Shown: positions 25,396-39,336 of the stretch, one piece after another
Layout of the letters: every line of letters begins with the position of its first letter
Position numbering within the stretch: the stretch's first letter is position 1
Assembly: GCA_013239625.1 (NCBI GenBank)
Contig: MU056000.1
Span: 9,646,675-9,710,674, forward strand
Length of the DNA: 64,000 bases
Origin: Lama guanicoe
Taxonomy: Eukaryota
Direction of reading: 5' to 3'
Notes under the pieces: generated by a model
What the model was told of the DNA's origin: nothing
Database searches by the model: none
What the model saw: the letters and a program-made list of their open reading frames with translations, nothing else
Translations under genes and position numbers: made by a program

Positions 25396-27016
25396 CTGGA
25401 AATAAAAGAGCTCTGTCCAACCTCTCTAAAATGAATTAGCAAATATAAACAACAGCTCTAAACACAGTTAAGAAAATGAAAGATAACGTGAATTCTCCAG
25501 GCAAGTAATTCTGTGCACAGATTGCATCATTTCTTTTGAGGGTGATCAGGATATTTGAGAAGGAAAAGGATGGTGGGAATCAACTGTGCCGTGAGCTGAG
25601 CCCTGGGGATTCAGAGATGAATAAAGCGCCATCTCTGCTTTTGATGAATCCACAGCCTGATAAAAGAAGAGACAAATAAGAATTTACTGCAAAAAGCATT
25701 ATGAGAATAGCATCTTCCACTCTTTGGAAGCGCACAGATGACAGCTGCTAATTTGCCTTGCAGGAGGTCAGGGACCCTGGTAGACGTTCTAGTTAACAAG
25801 TTACTGTTAACTGAAATAACAATTTACTTGACGAGGGAAATAATCAGTTTGGTTTGGGACATGCTGAATTTAAGGTAAAACATCCAGGCAGAGATGGCCT
25901 GTGCACAAACAGAAAATTAAGCCTGTGAGTTTGTGAGAAACCTCCAGTCTAAAGATGGAGATGTGAGGGTCAGGGGGGTACAGGTTATACTTAAACGCAG
26001 GCATGAAGAGGTCAGGGAGCATGTGTCAGGAAAAGAGAGGGATGCATTGAGAGCAGAGAAGCTCAATTTTGAAATCCGAGGGAGCATAGATATTTAGGAG
26101 GAAAAGGAATTAAAGCAGTCATAATTTCGGGGGAAAGACAAACAAAAAATTTCTGGTGAAAGCTGAAAAGTCTCAATGAAGAGAAAAGTAGCCCTCGGAT
26201 TGGCAGTTAGCAGCTCCTGCTGAGAGGACTTTGTCAGAGGTGGAACTGAGCAAAGCCAAACTGAAAGGGACTGAAGACAGAAAGGCAGACAGAGCAGTAG
26301 ACAGTGATGAGACACTAGCACCCAACGTTGGCACCACATCATCACATTGGGTCAAAAACAGTAAATTGCATAAAACACAATTGCTGTGTGTGTAAACAGC
26401 TTGTCGAAGCCCCTTCTGGGGTCTGCATCATCCATATGTACCTGGTCCCATCTGCACTTTGATGCTCTTGGTGCCATTTGTTGATTCCAACATAAACATC
26501 TCTAGGGGACCATTCTGATTTCTGTGCCTCACTGGGATTTCTACACTTACCTCCCTTTTCACAGGCTTGAAACGGGGAGACTGGGCTGGGAAAAAAGACA
26601 TGGACAATCTCTTTCTACCTCAGTCTCCCATAAGAGTTGTCTGCTATTTCCTACTGTGCCTCACATCCCCACTCCAGAACTTAAAAACCAGCTATCACTG
26701 CCTCTCCCTTCCCATAGCCCCTGATCCCGCTCATTTTACTGTGGGATGATGACAGGGTCACCGACAAGGAGAAAAAGCAGCCATAAGACAGAGAAGAAAA
26801 ATATAGATCTTTGTTGAGCAGAACAAAGGAGTGAGTCATAATTTAAATACAGACTTTTTGTTCTTTGGTGTCATTTCAGTTACTTTTCAGTTTTATTATT
26901 ATCTAGTCTCTCATTTACCATGTAATGTCATATAATCTGGTGCCTTGATAGAGTAACTAGTGCTTGGATAGAAGAGAGAGACTTCATATATTATGAGATT
27001 AGTCTTGTACAGAAAC

Positions 27017-27503
27017 TGTGCCAATGTTGTCTCTTTTGTTTACAAAATCATTTTCCTCTCTTTCTCCAAGAAGTTACGCTTCCAAGTCCCCCTTGTCACT
27101 TGGATTCCACATAGGTTCAACCAGTAAGAGGCACTGGCAAAAGATTGGAGGCAGGACAAGAGAAGTCAGGGACTGGGGAGAAGCCAGGAAATTCCTCCCT
27201 GTCTTGCCTGCTTCATGTAGCACACCCAGCAGGGGCTGGGTCATCCCCGTAACTCCAGATTCCACCATGTACCTGCCAAGTCCTCATTCCCTGAAAGTAA
27301 CCCTGGATCCTGGTTCTGGTGGCACTTCTGCCGCTCATGAGTGAGCACAGATTCCTGCAGCTGCTAATCTTTTGAATGCATCAACCACTCTTATTTGGTT
27401 TCTCAGATCTTCCACTACCCAGAAACAAATTCTTTGAAATTAAACTCCTTCCATTGAAAGCCCTAAAGTGGCTTCTGTCTTCTGGTTGGAACATAACAGA
27501 TAA
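27017..27503 (+). mobile_element. LTR33-like solo LTR (ERVL)
   Basis: 'gaggcactggcaaaagattggaggcagg' and 'attaaactccttccattgaaagccctaaagtggcttctgtcttc' motifs. Confidence 0.6.
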
Positions 27504-28742
27504 ACCATCATAATCAGACGGAGAAAGCACAGTTCTAGGAAGATTATTAGCAAAGACAGGGAAGTATTTGTCTATATCAGCCTTCATTATCATATTTCCT
27601 TAACAAACTCTCAACCAAAAGTGATATAGAATTAACAATGTCCTTTCTAACCAGCAAGTTAAAACTTATTTGAAAATATGGGTACACAGAGGGAAAAAAC
27701 GCCCTGAAGATTAGAAATGCTGTGAAGTCAGGGCTCTTAGATAGTGAGGGCTGATGGTCCTAGAGGCAAATTAGTTGAAGAAAAAGGGAGACATGCTGGA
27801 GCTCAAGAACTATTAGAAAAGGAAGAGATGTCAAGATGAGATGCACAGAAAAAAAAATTGCTGAACAAAATCACAAGAACTGAGGTGATCAGTCTGCTTA
27901 GTAAAATTAAAATGACTGAGATCTACAGAATGATGGGAGACAGGATTCCATGGAAGAGGAGAGAGAAGAAAGAACTGCACTAGCAAATAGGGAGAAAGGG
28001 AAGGGGATGTTTTAAATCCAAGAGAAACAATAAGAATACTAAATAGTCTGTCTCTGCTGACATAATTGAATAAATAAACCCTATTTACATACAACTCTCG
28101 AAGGCTGAGGGATCACCATGCTATGTTTTCCGTATCAGGCTTACCTGGGGTAGGGGTTGGAATTCATCTAAATAATCTGTGGAGCCTTATAAAATAAAAT
28201 CAAAAAATAAAATAAAATAAATTCTAGAATGCCCTCCCCCACCTCCCAGTCTAGAATTACTGAAACAGACTAGGGGGTGAGGATTTTGAATCTAATTTTT
28301 AAAGAGCTACCCACTTAAAGCTGAGAGTCCCAACTGAAGGAGGCACCTGCAGGACCTTGTAAGTAAGACAAACGCCAGCATAGCTGAATGATCTCCTGGT
28401 GTCCACGAGTAGAAGGATACTCTTTAAAGAAGTGGGGGGATTTGCCTGCTATCAGAGATCCCAAGATTTAGAAGAAATTTTTCACCGTAAGTGTTTTTAG
28501 ACACTCTGGACAGTGACAACTAGAAGGTTGTTTCCAAAAGACCTCCTGTCTGAGGGTCTTCTTATCCCGTCTTATCCCAGACCAGAAGGAGGTTTTTATT
28601 TCTATGCATGCTTTACTGTTCAGGATATTAATGTACATCTGGATCCCCCCTCTACCCCATCTTCTTTTTCCTGCATTTGAGATTTGGTCCTAAAGTAATT
28701 GTAACCAACTTTAATTTTCAGCTGGAAGGTTCTGGGACATTA

Positions 28743-28771
28743 AACAAAACAAAACAAAACAAAACAAAACA
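28743..28771. repeat. (AAAAC)n microsatellite
   Basis: Directly visible pentamer run. Confidence 0.9.
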
Positions 28772-30194
28772 AGAAAGACTCTTTTTAAAATATTATTTTA
28801 TAGAGCTATTTGCTGCATTTATTTTACACACAGCATGATGATTACTTCTCCAGGCTTTTTTTTTCCCCTCTTTTTCCCTAGAGATAACTAGATAAGCAAT
28901 TTTTAGGAGACAGTCACAGGCACCCATTACTAATGCCTAGCACATTTGGAGAAGCTTCAAGACCATTTGTAACACCACTGAAGACATTTTCAATAACTGG
29001 CACAATTTTGAAATGGAAATTGCTCTTGGTGTTAAATTTTAAAAGCAATTTTGTTTGGAAATATTAGTGCAATCTACAAAGAAACAGCAAATCATAAGCT
29101 AAGGGGACTAACAGCCTTTGAAGCTCTAGCAAGACTGGAGATTTCTCATTCTTTTCTTTCTGCTTGCCTTCCTTCCCTCCCTCTTTCCTTTCTTTGTTCT
29201 GATACCTATGTAGGACACGATACTGAGCAATTACTGCTCTGCTGTAGTCCAATGAGACAATCAAATATTAAGCAAATAATTACACAAAAAAGTAAAATTT
29301 TGAAATACGAGAGCATCTGACAAGAGAGCTGACATAACCAGGGAATCAAATGAGAATTTTCAGTGCCTTTCAGACATCCAAGGAGAAACGTCAGGTAGGC
29401 GGTTCGTTAGATGGTTAAAGTCAAAAGATTGTGGTTAATAGACTGCTTACAGGCTAGAACTATTCTGATTGACATCTGAGACAGCCGGAGTGAAATGTAT
29501 TCTTTCAAGTAACAATTCCTAAGCATATGACACGATGGTAGTATGAACGTGGCCTTTACCGAGCTGGCTTTAGTCTGATCGAAGGGGAACGATGGATGTG
29601 CTTGGAACAGTTCCGTGGGAAGTCCTGTCTAATTCAAAGCCCAAATAAGAACTGAGGCAGAAACTGATGCAGGAGCCCAAGGAAGATCAGGGACTCCAGG
29701 CATGAGATTAAGAAAGGAGAAGGAGGGAAGGAAAAGAAGAAGCATTCTGGTGAGGGAGCAACTATATCAAAACGACTCTGGGGATGTTGATTGGACCCTG
29801 CGTGGGGGGCGGGGGGGGCGGGTCTGTATATGTATACAGGTATATACATATGCATATGTGTGTGTGTTATAATATCTAAACATTGCTCCAAGACAGACCC
29901 ACAGATTAAAACAGGAAAGAAGTGGAGCCAAGCTTAGGGGAATTTAGAAATTGAGATGATGAGAGTTTAAATAAAACTGGATAACTCCCCATATGCCCCT
30001 TCTCTCTGCTGCCTTCTACCTGTCTCCATCTGCTGTCATTATATTTTGAAAAGCTATTGATATTACGAGGAATCGCCTGGCCTGTGACTAAGTTAGTTAG
30101 AAGGCTTATAGAAAAGGTGACTAGCAGTTCAAATTTTCTAATACCTGTTATTTAATTTTAAAGTAACCTTTAAAAAAGAAGAGGAAGTCTATAC

Positions 30195-30329
30195 TTTATA
30201 ATAGCCTATAATGATAAAGAATATGAAAAGGAATATGTATGTATGTATGTATGTACTACTGAATCACTATGCGGTATACCAGAAATTAATGCAACATTGT
30301 AAATCAACTATACTTCAATAAAAAAAAAA
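30195..30329 (+). mobile_element. 5'-truncated artiodactyl-type L1 3' tail with poly(A)
   Basis: 'actgaatcactatgcggtataccagaaattaatgcaacattgtaaatcaactatacttcaataaaaaaaaaa'. Confidence 0.85.
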
Positions 30330-30330
30330 T

Positions 30331-30635
30331 TATAGCATCCGTTTGAGATGCTATAACAAACTATTACAGAGCAGATGACTTAAATAACAAACACTTATTT
30401 CTCACAATTCTGGAAGCTAGAAGTCCAAGATCAAAGCATCAACAGATTTGGTGTCTGATGAGAAATGGATTCCTGGCTCAGATTCATGAGTCGCTATGTT
30501 CTCACATGACAGAGGGGCAAGGATGCTCTGTAAGGTCTTCTTTATAAAGGCAGAGCCCAACCTCCTAATGCTACATTGGAGGTTAGGATTTCAGCATATG
30601 AATTTTGAAGGAAAACAAACATTTAGTCTATATAA
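30331..30635 (-). mobile_element. MLT1A-like MaLR LTR
   Basis: 'tatttctcacaattctggaagctagaagtccaagatcaa' and 'tcagcatatgaattttg...aaacatttagtctata'. Confidence 0.75.
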
Positions 30636-30665
30636 TACTCCGTATATACCTGAGTTGAAATAAAA

Positions 30666-30706
<41 letters not shown>

Positions 30707-31179
30707 GTACATATATATGACTAGTTTATATGATAAATATCAACTAGCAGCCTCCAAAGGAATAAAATATTAGAAATGTATCTAAATGTATTAAATGCCC
30801 TTGTCATCACAGAAATTATCCATTATTAAGGAAAGTCTTTTGATATCATGGATGGAAAATGAAAACCTGCTTTCTTTTTTGCTAGCATATTTAATTACCT
30901 GTTTTGTAACTGTATGCCCCCGAAGGCATTAAGAAGTCAAATTGTTCCAGAAGGAAACAAGGTAGAAAGCTTTTCTTAAAAGATTCCTAAAAATGACAAA
31001 CTTCAGCACAATTCTTTAATTTTTCACTGTTCTTTGTTGCACTAATCAGCCCCTTTCTCTTTGTTTCACAAAGAAGAACTAACTTTCTAAAAAGGAAAGG
31101 AGAAGATGAACTTCGAAAGAGCACGGAACCTCTGACCATGGCGCTCCTCACTGTGAAACGAGGGCAGCGGGGCTGGCGT

Positions 31180-31350
31180 GATGCCTGCTACAGCCAGGGG
31201 ACGCTTCGAGCAACTCACATCTATCCGCTCACTCGGTCCTTGCCCCGACAAGGTGAGCATCCTCCTGTTACAGGTGAGGACACTGATGTTGGGGTCATAT
31301 AGCAAAGGAATGAGGACAAAGTGAAGGTTCAAGCCCAGGGACTTTGGCAA
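31180..31350 (-). mobile_element. MIR relic, unusually GC/CpG-enriched
   Basis: 'ttacaggtgaggacactga...ggtcatatagc...ggttcaagcccagg' MIR core; the upstream part aligns by eye to MIR with many A/T>G/C changes. Confidence 0.55.
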
Positions 31351-32629
31351 CAACGTCTATACCATTGGCCACCATGTTGCACAGTCCTATATAAACATGC
31401 CACGCCTACCTTCTAGAATCCTTCTGCACACCAAGCCAGACAAAGTACATGAAGCATTTAATACTTTTTAAGGGATTATGCAAAGATAAGTTAACATTTT
31501 TATTAAAGTGAATGATCCCAGGATGAATCCAAACATCCACGGCTATTATGGATACATTTACCCCAAACCTTCACCAAAAGTTGCTTGATTTGAGCTGTCA
31601 AATACATTAAAGGGAAAAAAGAAAGAAAGACTTTACATGTTTCACTGTACCATAAAACATTATTACTGACATCGTGTCTCACCACACATCTTGATAAAAT
31701 GAGATATCTTAAACTTTGTTACCTTAAATCACACATGAAAACTATAACTTATTTTTGTAAGTGAGGTCATATTGGCTCAGGCAATAAACTTTTTATTTAA
31801 ACTCACTTTATATTTTGGTTAGATACAGGTCCTATTTAGGATAGTATCTGTCATTTCCTGAGAAATTTTGAAATCATGTTCTTTCTGATTCGTTTGAAAT
31901 GCTTCAGTGATGAAAAGCAATTGTTTCATCTTGAATCTGGGTTTATTCTATCAGTAAAGAAACATAGCAACCTCACATTTATACTATCCCTTTTAACGTC
32001 AATTCTTTAAAAGGTATTTCCCATTGCTTTCCAGCATTTATTTATAAATGTGGCAGAGATCAGCCTCACTCACATAAAATACCACAGGAAAACATTCACA
32101 AAAATAGAAACGTAAGGTAACATAGTTCAATAGTTATAAGGATATTGTGAAAACCACAAAATAAAACAAATGTTAGAAATTGCTCTATATCAACATAAAG
32201 CATCGTAATTTTCATTATCATGATTTTCAAACTTGTAAATAGCTTGGTATCCATGAAATATTTGGTCATGAATTTCAGAATCTTAATGTTTTTCCCCTAT
32301 GTGTCATATTTTTATTTTATTTTCTTCTCTTGCTTAAAGTCATCAAAGTAATTTGAACTTGGTTGATCATTGGTTTAACAAGCAAGGATTTTGTGTGGTA
32401 AACAGTGGAATGTCTAGCAGTGTCCAATCAATGGTGCAGCCAATGCAAAGTAGCAACACTGGCTGTTAAAGGCGCGTAATCCTCAGTCTTCTCTAGAGGC
32501 ATCCTTGTGCAAGTGATTTCACACATTCAGTGAGTGGTCCTCAGGCAACTAGAAACAGCTAAGGCACTGAAAGAGCCCAGATTCCAGCACAGGGACTGTA
32601 TGAGGGACATGGTACATAGTCATTGTTTC

Positions 32630-33105
32630 AAAAGGTAAATGATATTCTAATTTATTCTGTTTAAGGAAAAAGTAATAATTGTTTTTAAAAAATATTAAGC
32701 TCTAGTGATGCTTCAAAGTACTACACTAAGAGCTTTACACACACTACACTAAAAAGAAAAAGAACATAATCAATTGCACACACAAGGGCCCTACGTGGAG
32801 TCAGGAACGAGGTGGGTCATAGGATTCTAGGTTCCGTCTGGTGGTGTTTGATGATATTTTACTCCAGACAGCTAAGAACGCTTCCATTTGGCTTTTTCGC
32901 TGATGCTGATGGATAGAAAAAGTGGGAATGAAAGGTCCTTTATTAACAGCAAGCCACTGCCGAATACCCTCACGAAGCAAAATTCCTGATGAAGCTGGAC
33001 GGGTGCCCACAGCTCAGGCTGGAAGCCGAACGAAGGCTTGATTTTGCCAGGTCCTTGCCTGGATTGCCGTGGAGCACCCCAGGCACCGGGCACGGTGAAG
33101 CAGGG
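32630..33105 (-). CDS. Candidate terminal exon (coding 33105-32970 plus 3'UTR), unidentified gene
   Basis: Very strong acceptor gtttcttctctctctcctcttctcacag|, CpG-rich body, frame (S)PASPCPVPGVLHGNPGKDLAKSSLRSASSLSCGHPSSFIRNFAS* in phase with the 35008-35140 exon; minus-strand AATAAA at 32651-32656. Confidence 0.45.
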
Positions 33106-33369
33106 CTGTGAGAAGAGGAGAGAGAGAAGAAACACAGGACTCTCCAAAGGAACCACAGCTCGCTGACTGAGATCGCAGAACAACCAAAGAAGCAGAGATG
33201 AATCACATCCACGTAGAACACCATAAAGTCACGTTCATAAAATCAGCAATGTGTGGTGCACAGCAAAGGAAAGCACGATGTTCATAACGTCCTAACATGC
33301 TGCTCTCAATGGATGGAAGGTAAAATAGTCAAAAGGCATTTCACGAGGGGTTCTGCCCTAGCTGGGGGA

Positions 33370-33775
33370 TGTGCTGGGTCATTTCACGTGTCAGCCCGGC
33401 TAGGCTTTGGTGCCCACCTATTTGGTCAGACATTAGTCTAGATGTTACTGTGAAGGTGTTTTTATAACAGTGATTTATAATTACAGTCAATTGACTTTAA
33501 GTAAAGCAGTAACCCTCAACCAACTGATTGCAGGCCTTATGTGCAAAAACTAAAGTTTCCCCAGAAAAGGGAATTCTGACCCAAAACTGTAACATAGAAA
33601 TCCTGCTTGAGTTTCCAAACCCCTAGCCTGCCTTGCAGATTTTAGACGAAAGACTGCAACATAAATTCTACCTGAATTTCCAGCCGGCCTGTCTCCCCTG
33701 CAGATTTTGGACTTGCCAACTCCATAATCACTTAAGCCAGTTCCTTCAGATAAACATCAGCCAATCAATCAGTCT
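33370..33775 (+). mobile_element. MLT2B-like ERVL LTR
   Basis: 'tttggtcagacattagtctagatgttactgtgaaggtg...gactttaagtaaagcag' diagnostic MLT2 motifs. Confidence 0.8.
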
Positions 33776-34194
33776 CTGAAAAGACAGAGACAAAGAGCTG
33801 AACGCAAACATGTGGAATGATTAATTCAATAAGGCAGAGATGGGGCCCTTGAGAAACAGTATTTAAATGCTTAAGATATGTGACAATATATTTTATAAAC
33901 TATCAATGACATACTGGTTTTCATCTGGCTAAAAACTTAAAGTGATTATATTTATGATTGTAAAGAAATTCAAAATACTTTCCCTCCAAAAGAACAGTTT
34001 CTAACTCACAAGGCATCAATATTAGTAATTTTTAAAAAATACATATGAAAACTCAAAAGACAAAAATTATTTTAAATAATTATTGTAATACACCCAAAAA
34101 TCTCCTAAACTACTCTTGGATCGAGGGGGAATTTAAGTCTCTAATTACAGAGATCTTTGAGAATGAGATGTATACCCAATGGATGTACTTGGCT

Positions 34195-34534
34195 TCCTCA
34201 AAGAATATGTCCCTCCAAAATTAGACTGGGGCCCTAATCTCCAGTGTGGCAGTGTTTGGAAGTGGGGCTTTTGGGAGGAAATTGGACTTGGATGAGGTCA
34301 TGCAGGTGGAGCCCCCATGGTAGGACTGATACCCATAGAAGGAGATAGAGACAATGGCTCTCTCTCAGCCTTATGCGGAAGCAGCAAGAAGGTGGCTGCC
34401 TACGAGCCAGGAAGGTGGCCCTCATTACAAGCTGGCACCGTGATCTCATACTTGCAGCCTCTAAAACTGTAATAAATAAATACTTGCTGTGTAAGCCGCC
34501 AGTCTATTGGTAGTTTGCAGCCAGAGCTAAGACA
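34195..34534 (+). mobile_element. MLT1A-like MaLR LTR
   Basis: 'cctaatctccagtgtggcagtgtttggaagtggggcttttgggagg' through 'aataaatacttgctgtgtaagccgccagtctattggtag...ctaagaca'. Confidence 0.8.
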
Positions 34535-35007
34535 CTTACCCTCTTAATTTTCTGCTGAGATAAGCCAACCAAAAGAAAATGGTTGGGAAAACTGTATAGC
34601 ACTGCAGAAAAATCACAAGGCATTTTTAACTGCATGTTCCAAATGTCAAGGATCTGTAACTTTTAAATAATGCAGTTAAAATAAAATTATGAAGATGAAG
34701 GAGTGACAGCTTCTGCCGCCGCCACCAGCAAAGTCAGAAAGGGACACCTTGGAAGACAAACACCTGCCCTGCATTGTTACAGCCAAGAAAAACCTGGTCA
34801 AAAGATAATTTTTTAAAAAGAGAGAATGATTAAGATAAAGTCGTGATTCTCATACAGGTATACAAATGAAGTCACATCACAGATTTTATTTTACTCATTA
34901 ATGAGGAAACATGAGGTGCCCCAACCAGTTCAAGAACCTAACATTAGAAGTACAGAATTCACCAGCACATCAATAGAGAAGAATCACTTTGCGTTGCTAC
35001 CAGTTAC

Positions 35008-35140
35008 CTCCAACCTATACAGTTGTGGCATAGCTCCCGTAGAATCAGAACCACACGATGTCTTTCCAACAGAAAACAGGTAGATGCTTCAGCAAATGGT
35101 TTGGAGATGCAGAATTTAACAGCTCTGGTTTTAGTGATTT
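35008..35140 (-). CDS. Candidate internal coding exon (133 bp), unidentified gene
   Basis: Acceptor attcatattacacag| and donor GAG|gtaact; only one frame open: ITKTRAVKFCISKPFAEASTCFLLERHRVVLILRELCHNCIGW(S), phase 1 to 2. Confidence 0.4.
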
Positions 35141-38100
35141 CTGTGTAATATGAATAATCTACTACAGAAAATTTTCCTCATCCTCAGCCATTTAAGAGGT
35201 CATGATATTAATCCATGCAAGTTGAATAGCTGATAATTTATTTTATACTGCAGACTTGAGAGAAAACCAGAGCCTGCTCCAACCAGGCTCTTTATAATTC
35301 CTTTTTTTTTTTTTTTTTTGAACACCAAGGGGATTTTTGATTAACAGTCTGGAGGACGTAAAAGAACTTGCCAGACAGACACTTGAGGTAACAGTATTTT
35401 AGGCAGGAGGAGCAGTAAGCACAAAATTCTGGAGGCTGGAGTGTACCTGATATTCACAGCAAAGAGGCCATGGGGCTGAGTTAGACTGCGTATGGGAGAG
35501 AATGGTAGGACACAAGATCAGACCAATATTGGGGGTCAGAGTGAAAGAGGGAATCAGATCCAACAGGGCCCTTGCAGATCACTGTAAGGTCCTACGTGGC
35601 TCTGACCGTCTGTTTCAGTTAGGACAGAAAATTAACCCAAGAAAAGATCCACTGGTAAAATAAGGAATTAGTTCTCTCATATTTAACATGCAGAGAGGCA
35701 TGGAATCTTCTTTAGTTATTAGGACAGAGAAAAATATTTCCATGATGACAAACCATTCCACAAAGCATAAACCAAATTGATATCCTCTGAAACACGGGTG
35801 TCCAGAAATCCTCAGGAGAGATCGCTATGATTCAACATCATTTTGCCAACCTCAAATATCATTCACAAATATGTGTGGCAATATTACACAGAGGTCAAGA
35901 GAGGAAAAATAGATACAAGCTATAACTAAGTATTTATAAATAAAAAATGTAGAGGCAATGTCAAAAGAGGAGAAAACTACGCAGCATCTCTGCTCGCATG
36001 TTGAGTAGAGAAAGGAGGCAGATATATTTACAATTTTAAGTTCTTCTAAAATAAGAAAATTCATAGTTTCTAGACTCTTTATTTTTTAAATCATCTGTTG
36101 AGGTCATAAAATCCATTGAAGCCCTTTCTGTTCCCACTTCCAAAGGTGATTTATTTTACAAAACTATTGCAGATCCTGTAAGGTGGTTTTCAATAAGAAC
36201 GTACAACCTTGCAATGCAGGCGAAGCTCCGTTTCTGTCTTCAGGAAGCAGTAACCCAGAGTCATTCTCTGTGGGCGCTAAATGAACATTAATTAATGATG
36301 AATGGAGGATACTTTACCATCTGTTCAGCACTGATTCAAAATATAGTGTTGTTACTTAATTGGATTATTTTTAGTCTTGTAGTTTCAGCTGGGTGAACAC
36401 TGATGGCTGGGTCTGTGAAATGCTCTGGCAAATCATAACTCTCATTTTGAAATCCTTGTCTGGAGGAGTGGCTAATTATTGGAGGATAAGTACATCCAAA
36501 TAGCAATGAAAGAAAGTCTTTTCTAACATTTGGTTTTCTTAACGTGATAAAGCATTCCCTCTGCAGTAGAATAATTCAAGTCATGTATAACAAGTGACCG
36601 CCTAGAGGACTGGGAGCCAATGGAAGAAAAACATGAAAAATATTTTTTAAGGAAAAAAAGATAAATGGGATTTACGTATACATAACGTTGTCTTCCTTTT
36701 GTCATTAAACCCCCAGCACTTCCTCGCTCGTATGGAGCTGCCATGCTGTGTTGCCCTCTGAAGATATGTGCTATGATATACCGTGGAACCAACAAATAAA
36801 ATTCCAATTCAGATATATGACATATAATAATAATATGATAGCCGTTTCTTTATGAAGGAAAAGTGAGCGATTCTTAAAATTACTTACAGCAAGAGGCTTC
36901 TGAGAGGCTACATTCCTTTTTTCAAACTTTCAAATTAAAATTAAGAATAGCAAGTAAAGACATTTACTTAGGTACCCAAGAGGGCGGTGGTTCGATTTTA
37001 GTGGACTCTTTTTGAGTTCGTGGATTGCATGCTAGAATAATTTACTGATAGCCCCAAATGCTTTATTTGCCCCAGTGAAGGACTTTATTAAAGGTATGAT
37101 GTTCCCTCATCTGCTTTCAGCTGCTCTCACATACTATAACCATCTTAGACATTTAATGATATCAGACTTAAAAGACAGTCAAAATCATGCTTCTACGAGG
37201 CATGCTCAGATTAGCAGAGGGTATTACTGAGGCCAATTGCCAGCATTCAAGTGCTAGTTCCACCAGTACCAGCTATGTGACCTCAGCCTCTGTAAGGCTC
37301 AGTTCTGCCTCAGAAGAAAAATGAACATTTTAATAAAATTTGCATCACACATTTGGTTTGAATATCACATTAAATAATGCATATAAGGTGTTTTGTACAG
37401 TACCTGGCATTTCCCATGTTTTCTGAAGTATGTATAGTATAGAAATTGCTAACCACACCGCCTGTCCTGAGGGAACCCTAACCACTGTCACTCACACAGG
37501 CCCCTTCTGAAGGGCCATTTGCATGTGGATCCCATGCGTTGGACCCAGGCCACAGTGGGTTTGACCAGGCCAGGGAGCCTGGTGCAAGGACAGGCAACGT
37601 ATAGGCTGATGAGAGACCGGTGAGGTGGCCTAATGCAAAAATCTTTCCTCTAAAGGTATGACTGTAATTAACTAAACCAAGCGGGGAAGAAGCCTCTTGG
37701 GCAAGAAGAATGAGATATATCAGAAGAATCTAGTGGCAGCTGGGGTACAATTTAGATGGAACAAGCATGGGAAAGATAGTAAATAGAAGGCATGGGGCAA
37801 CAGAATATATGAATAAGCAGAAGCATGAGGCAAGGAGGGAGTCAGCCTGCAGGGGCAGAGCTGGCAGGAGGGGGCCAGACAGGGAGAACATGAGCCCACA
37901 TGGCGAGTACAGAGCAGGACAAAATACATGCTTGCTGCTGACGAGGCTGCATAATCCCCCGGCCCCTCGAGCTGACTACCTGTGCCTTTCTCTCTAGCCG
38001 GACCCACTGCGCCACTGTGCCCAGATATGGGCAGAAAGGGTATTTCTGGCAGCACGCTGCCCAGACGGCTCAGAAACCAGGTCAACTTGTGCAGGGCACC

Positions 38101-39336
38101 AAGGCTGTGAGCATCCACTTCTCCTCAGTCCTCAGGCTCCATGTGAGCAGCAGTGCTGAAGATCAAACACAGTGTAGGTATGTAGCTGCCGGCTTTATCA
38201 CCCCGTGGACTTTGGCAAAGTCAGCAGGAAAAGCTACACTTTTTCTGTCCCTGGAAACCATCTGGAAAATGCCAGCTCAAATTAACCCTTTATACATAAT
38301 GTCTTGGTCCTTGCCCGTCTCTGCCTCCTTCATCCAGCCCTTCACTTGCTCATTTCTTCCTACTTGTGTGCACGGTAACTGCTACAGCAAGCACCTCACT
38401 CTCAGCATATTTTCAGTGATTCTGTTCTCTTGATTGATATTACTTCTAACCCTAATTAATAATAATTTAAAGAGCTAATGAGGTTTTTTGAATGTTTGCC
38501 TTATACCAGACACTGGTCTGAGCACGCCACATGAATTAAATCATTTATTCCCCACAACAATTCAATCAGTTGGTATTGTCATAATCTCCATTTTTACAGA
38601 TGAAGAAAGTAAAGGACAGCAATTCTAAGAAATCGGTTCAACATCATTTCCCATAACGTTTATAGGTATGGCTGTTCATGTTTTATTTGCTTCTCACTAT
38701 GTCATTACAATAAAGTCTGAATACTCAGTTTAACATGTACGTTTACTGGTTCCATGAAGCCTTTAAAAAAAAAAGCCAGACTAAAATTCTTTAATATGTT
38801 TTCACATGTATGTGTCCTTAAATATTTTTCCTTTGAAAGTCAGAGTCAGTACAAAGAGATTACTTACTGATGCAGAGTTATAAAGAATCACACTTGTGCC
38901 AATACAAATGGCCTTGCTATAGTTAAGAAACAGGGGGCCAGTGTGGCGTTACAAACAGAAACAAGGGAGAGTTTTAGGAGGTGAGGTCAGAGTGGTAGCC
39001 GGCGGTAAGATCATATAAAGCCTTGCAGGGGGAGGTGGGGATCTTGGTGAAGCCAACAGGGTGGCAATCATTTGCAGATTTTGAACAGGGGAAGAGCATA
39101 ACATGATTTGTGTTGTAGAAGAGTGACTCTGGCTGCTAGTCAGAGGAAAAGAGAAAAACAGTTGAAATGTGAGGGTAGAAGAAGGAAGATCATCTAGCAA
39201 TCTGTTACAATTATCCGAGCAATAAATATTGGTGGCTTTGATTAGAGAAGAAGAGCTAAGAGTATAAAGAAGTGATGAGATTCTGGGTACATTGAGAAGG
39301 TAACTGTCAGGATTTGCTAATGGATTGGACGTGATG

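Noticed and set aside
36350..36562. About 70-codon minus-strand open frame (RECFITLRKPNVRKDFLSLLFG...) as a linking exon
   Set aside because: The donor (TAA|gtaaca) is weak and an open frame of this length is within chance expectation; not supported without RNA data.
36980..37015. 'ggttcgatt' followed by a T-run, resembling a Pol III B-box/tRNA remnant
   Set aside because: No A-box or cloverleaf, and an imperfect B-box.
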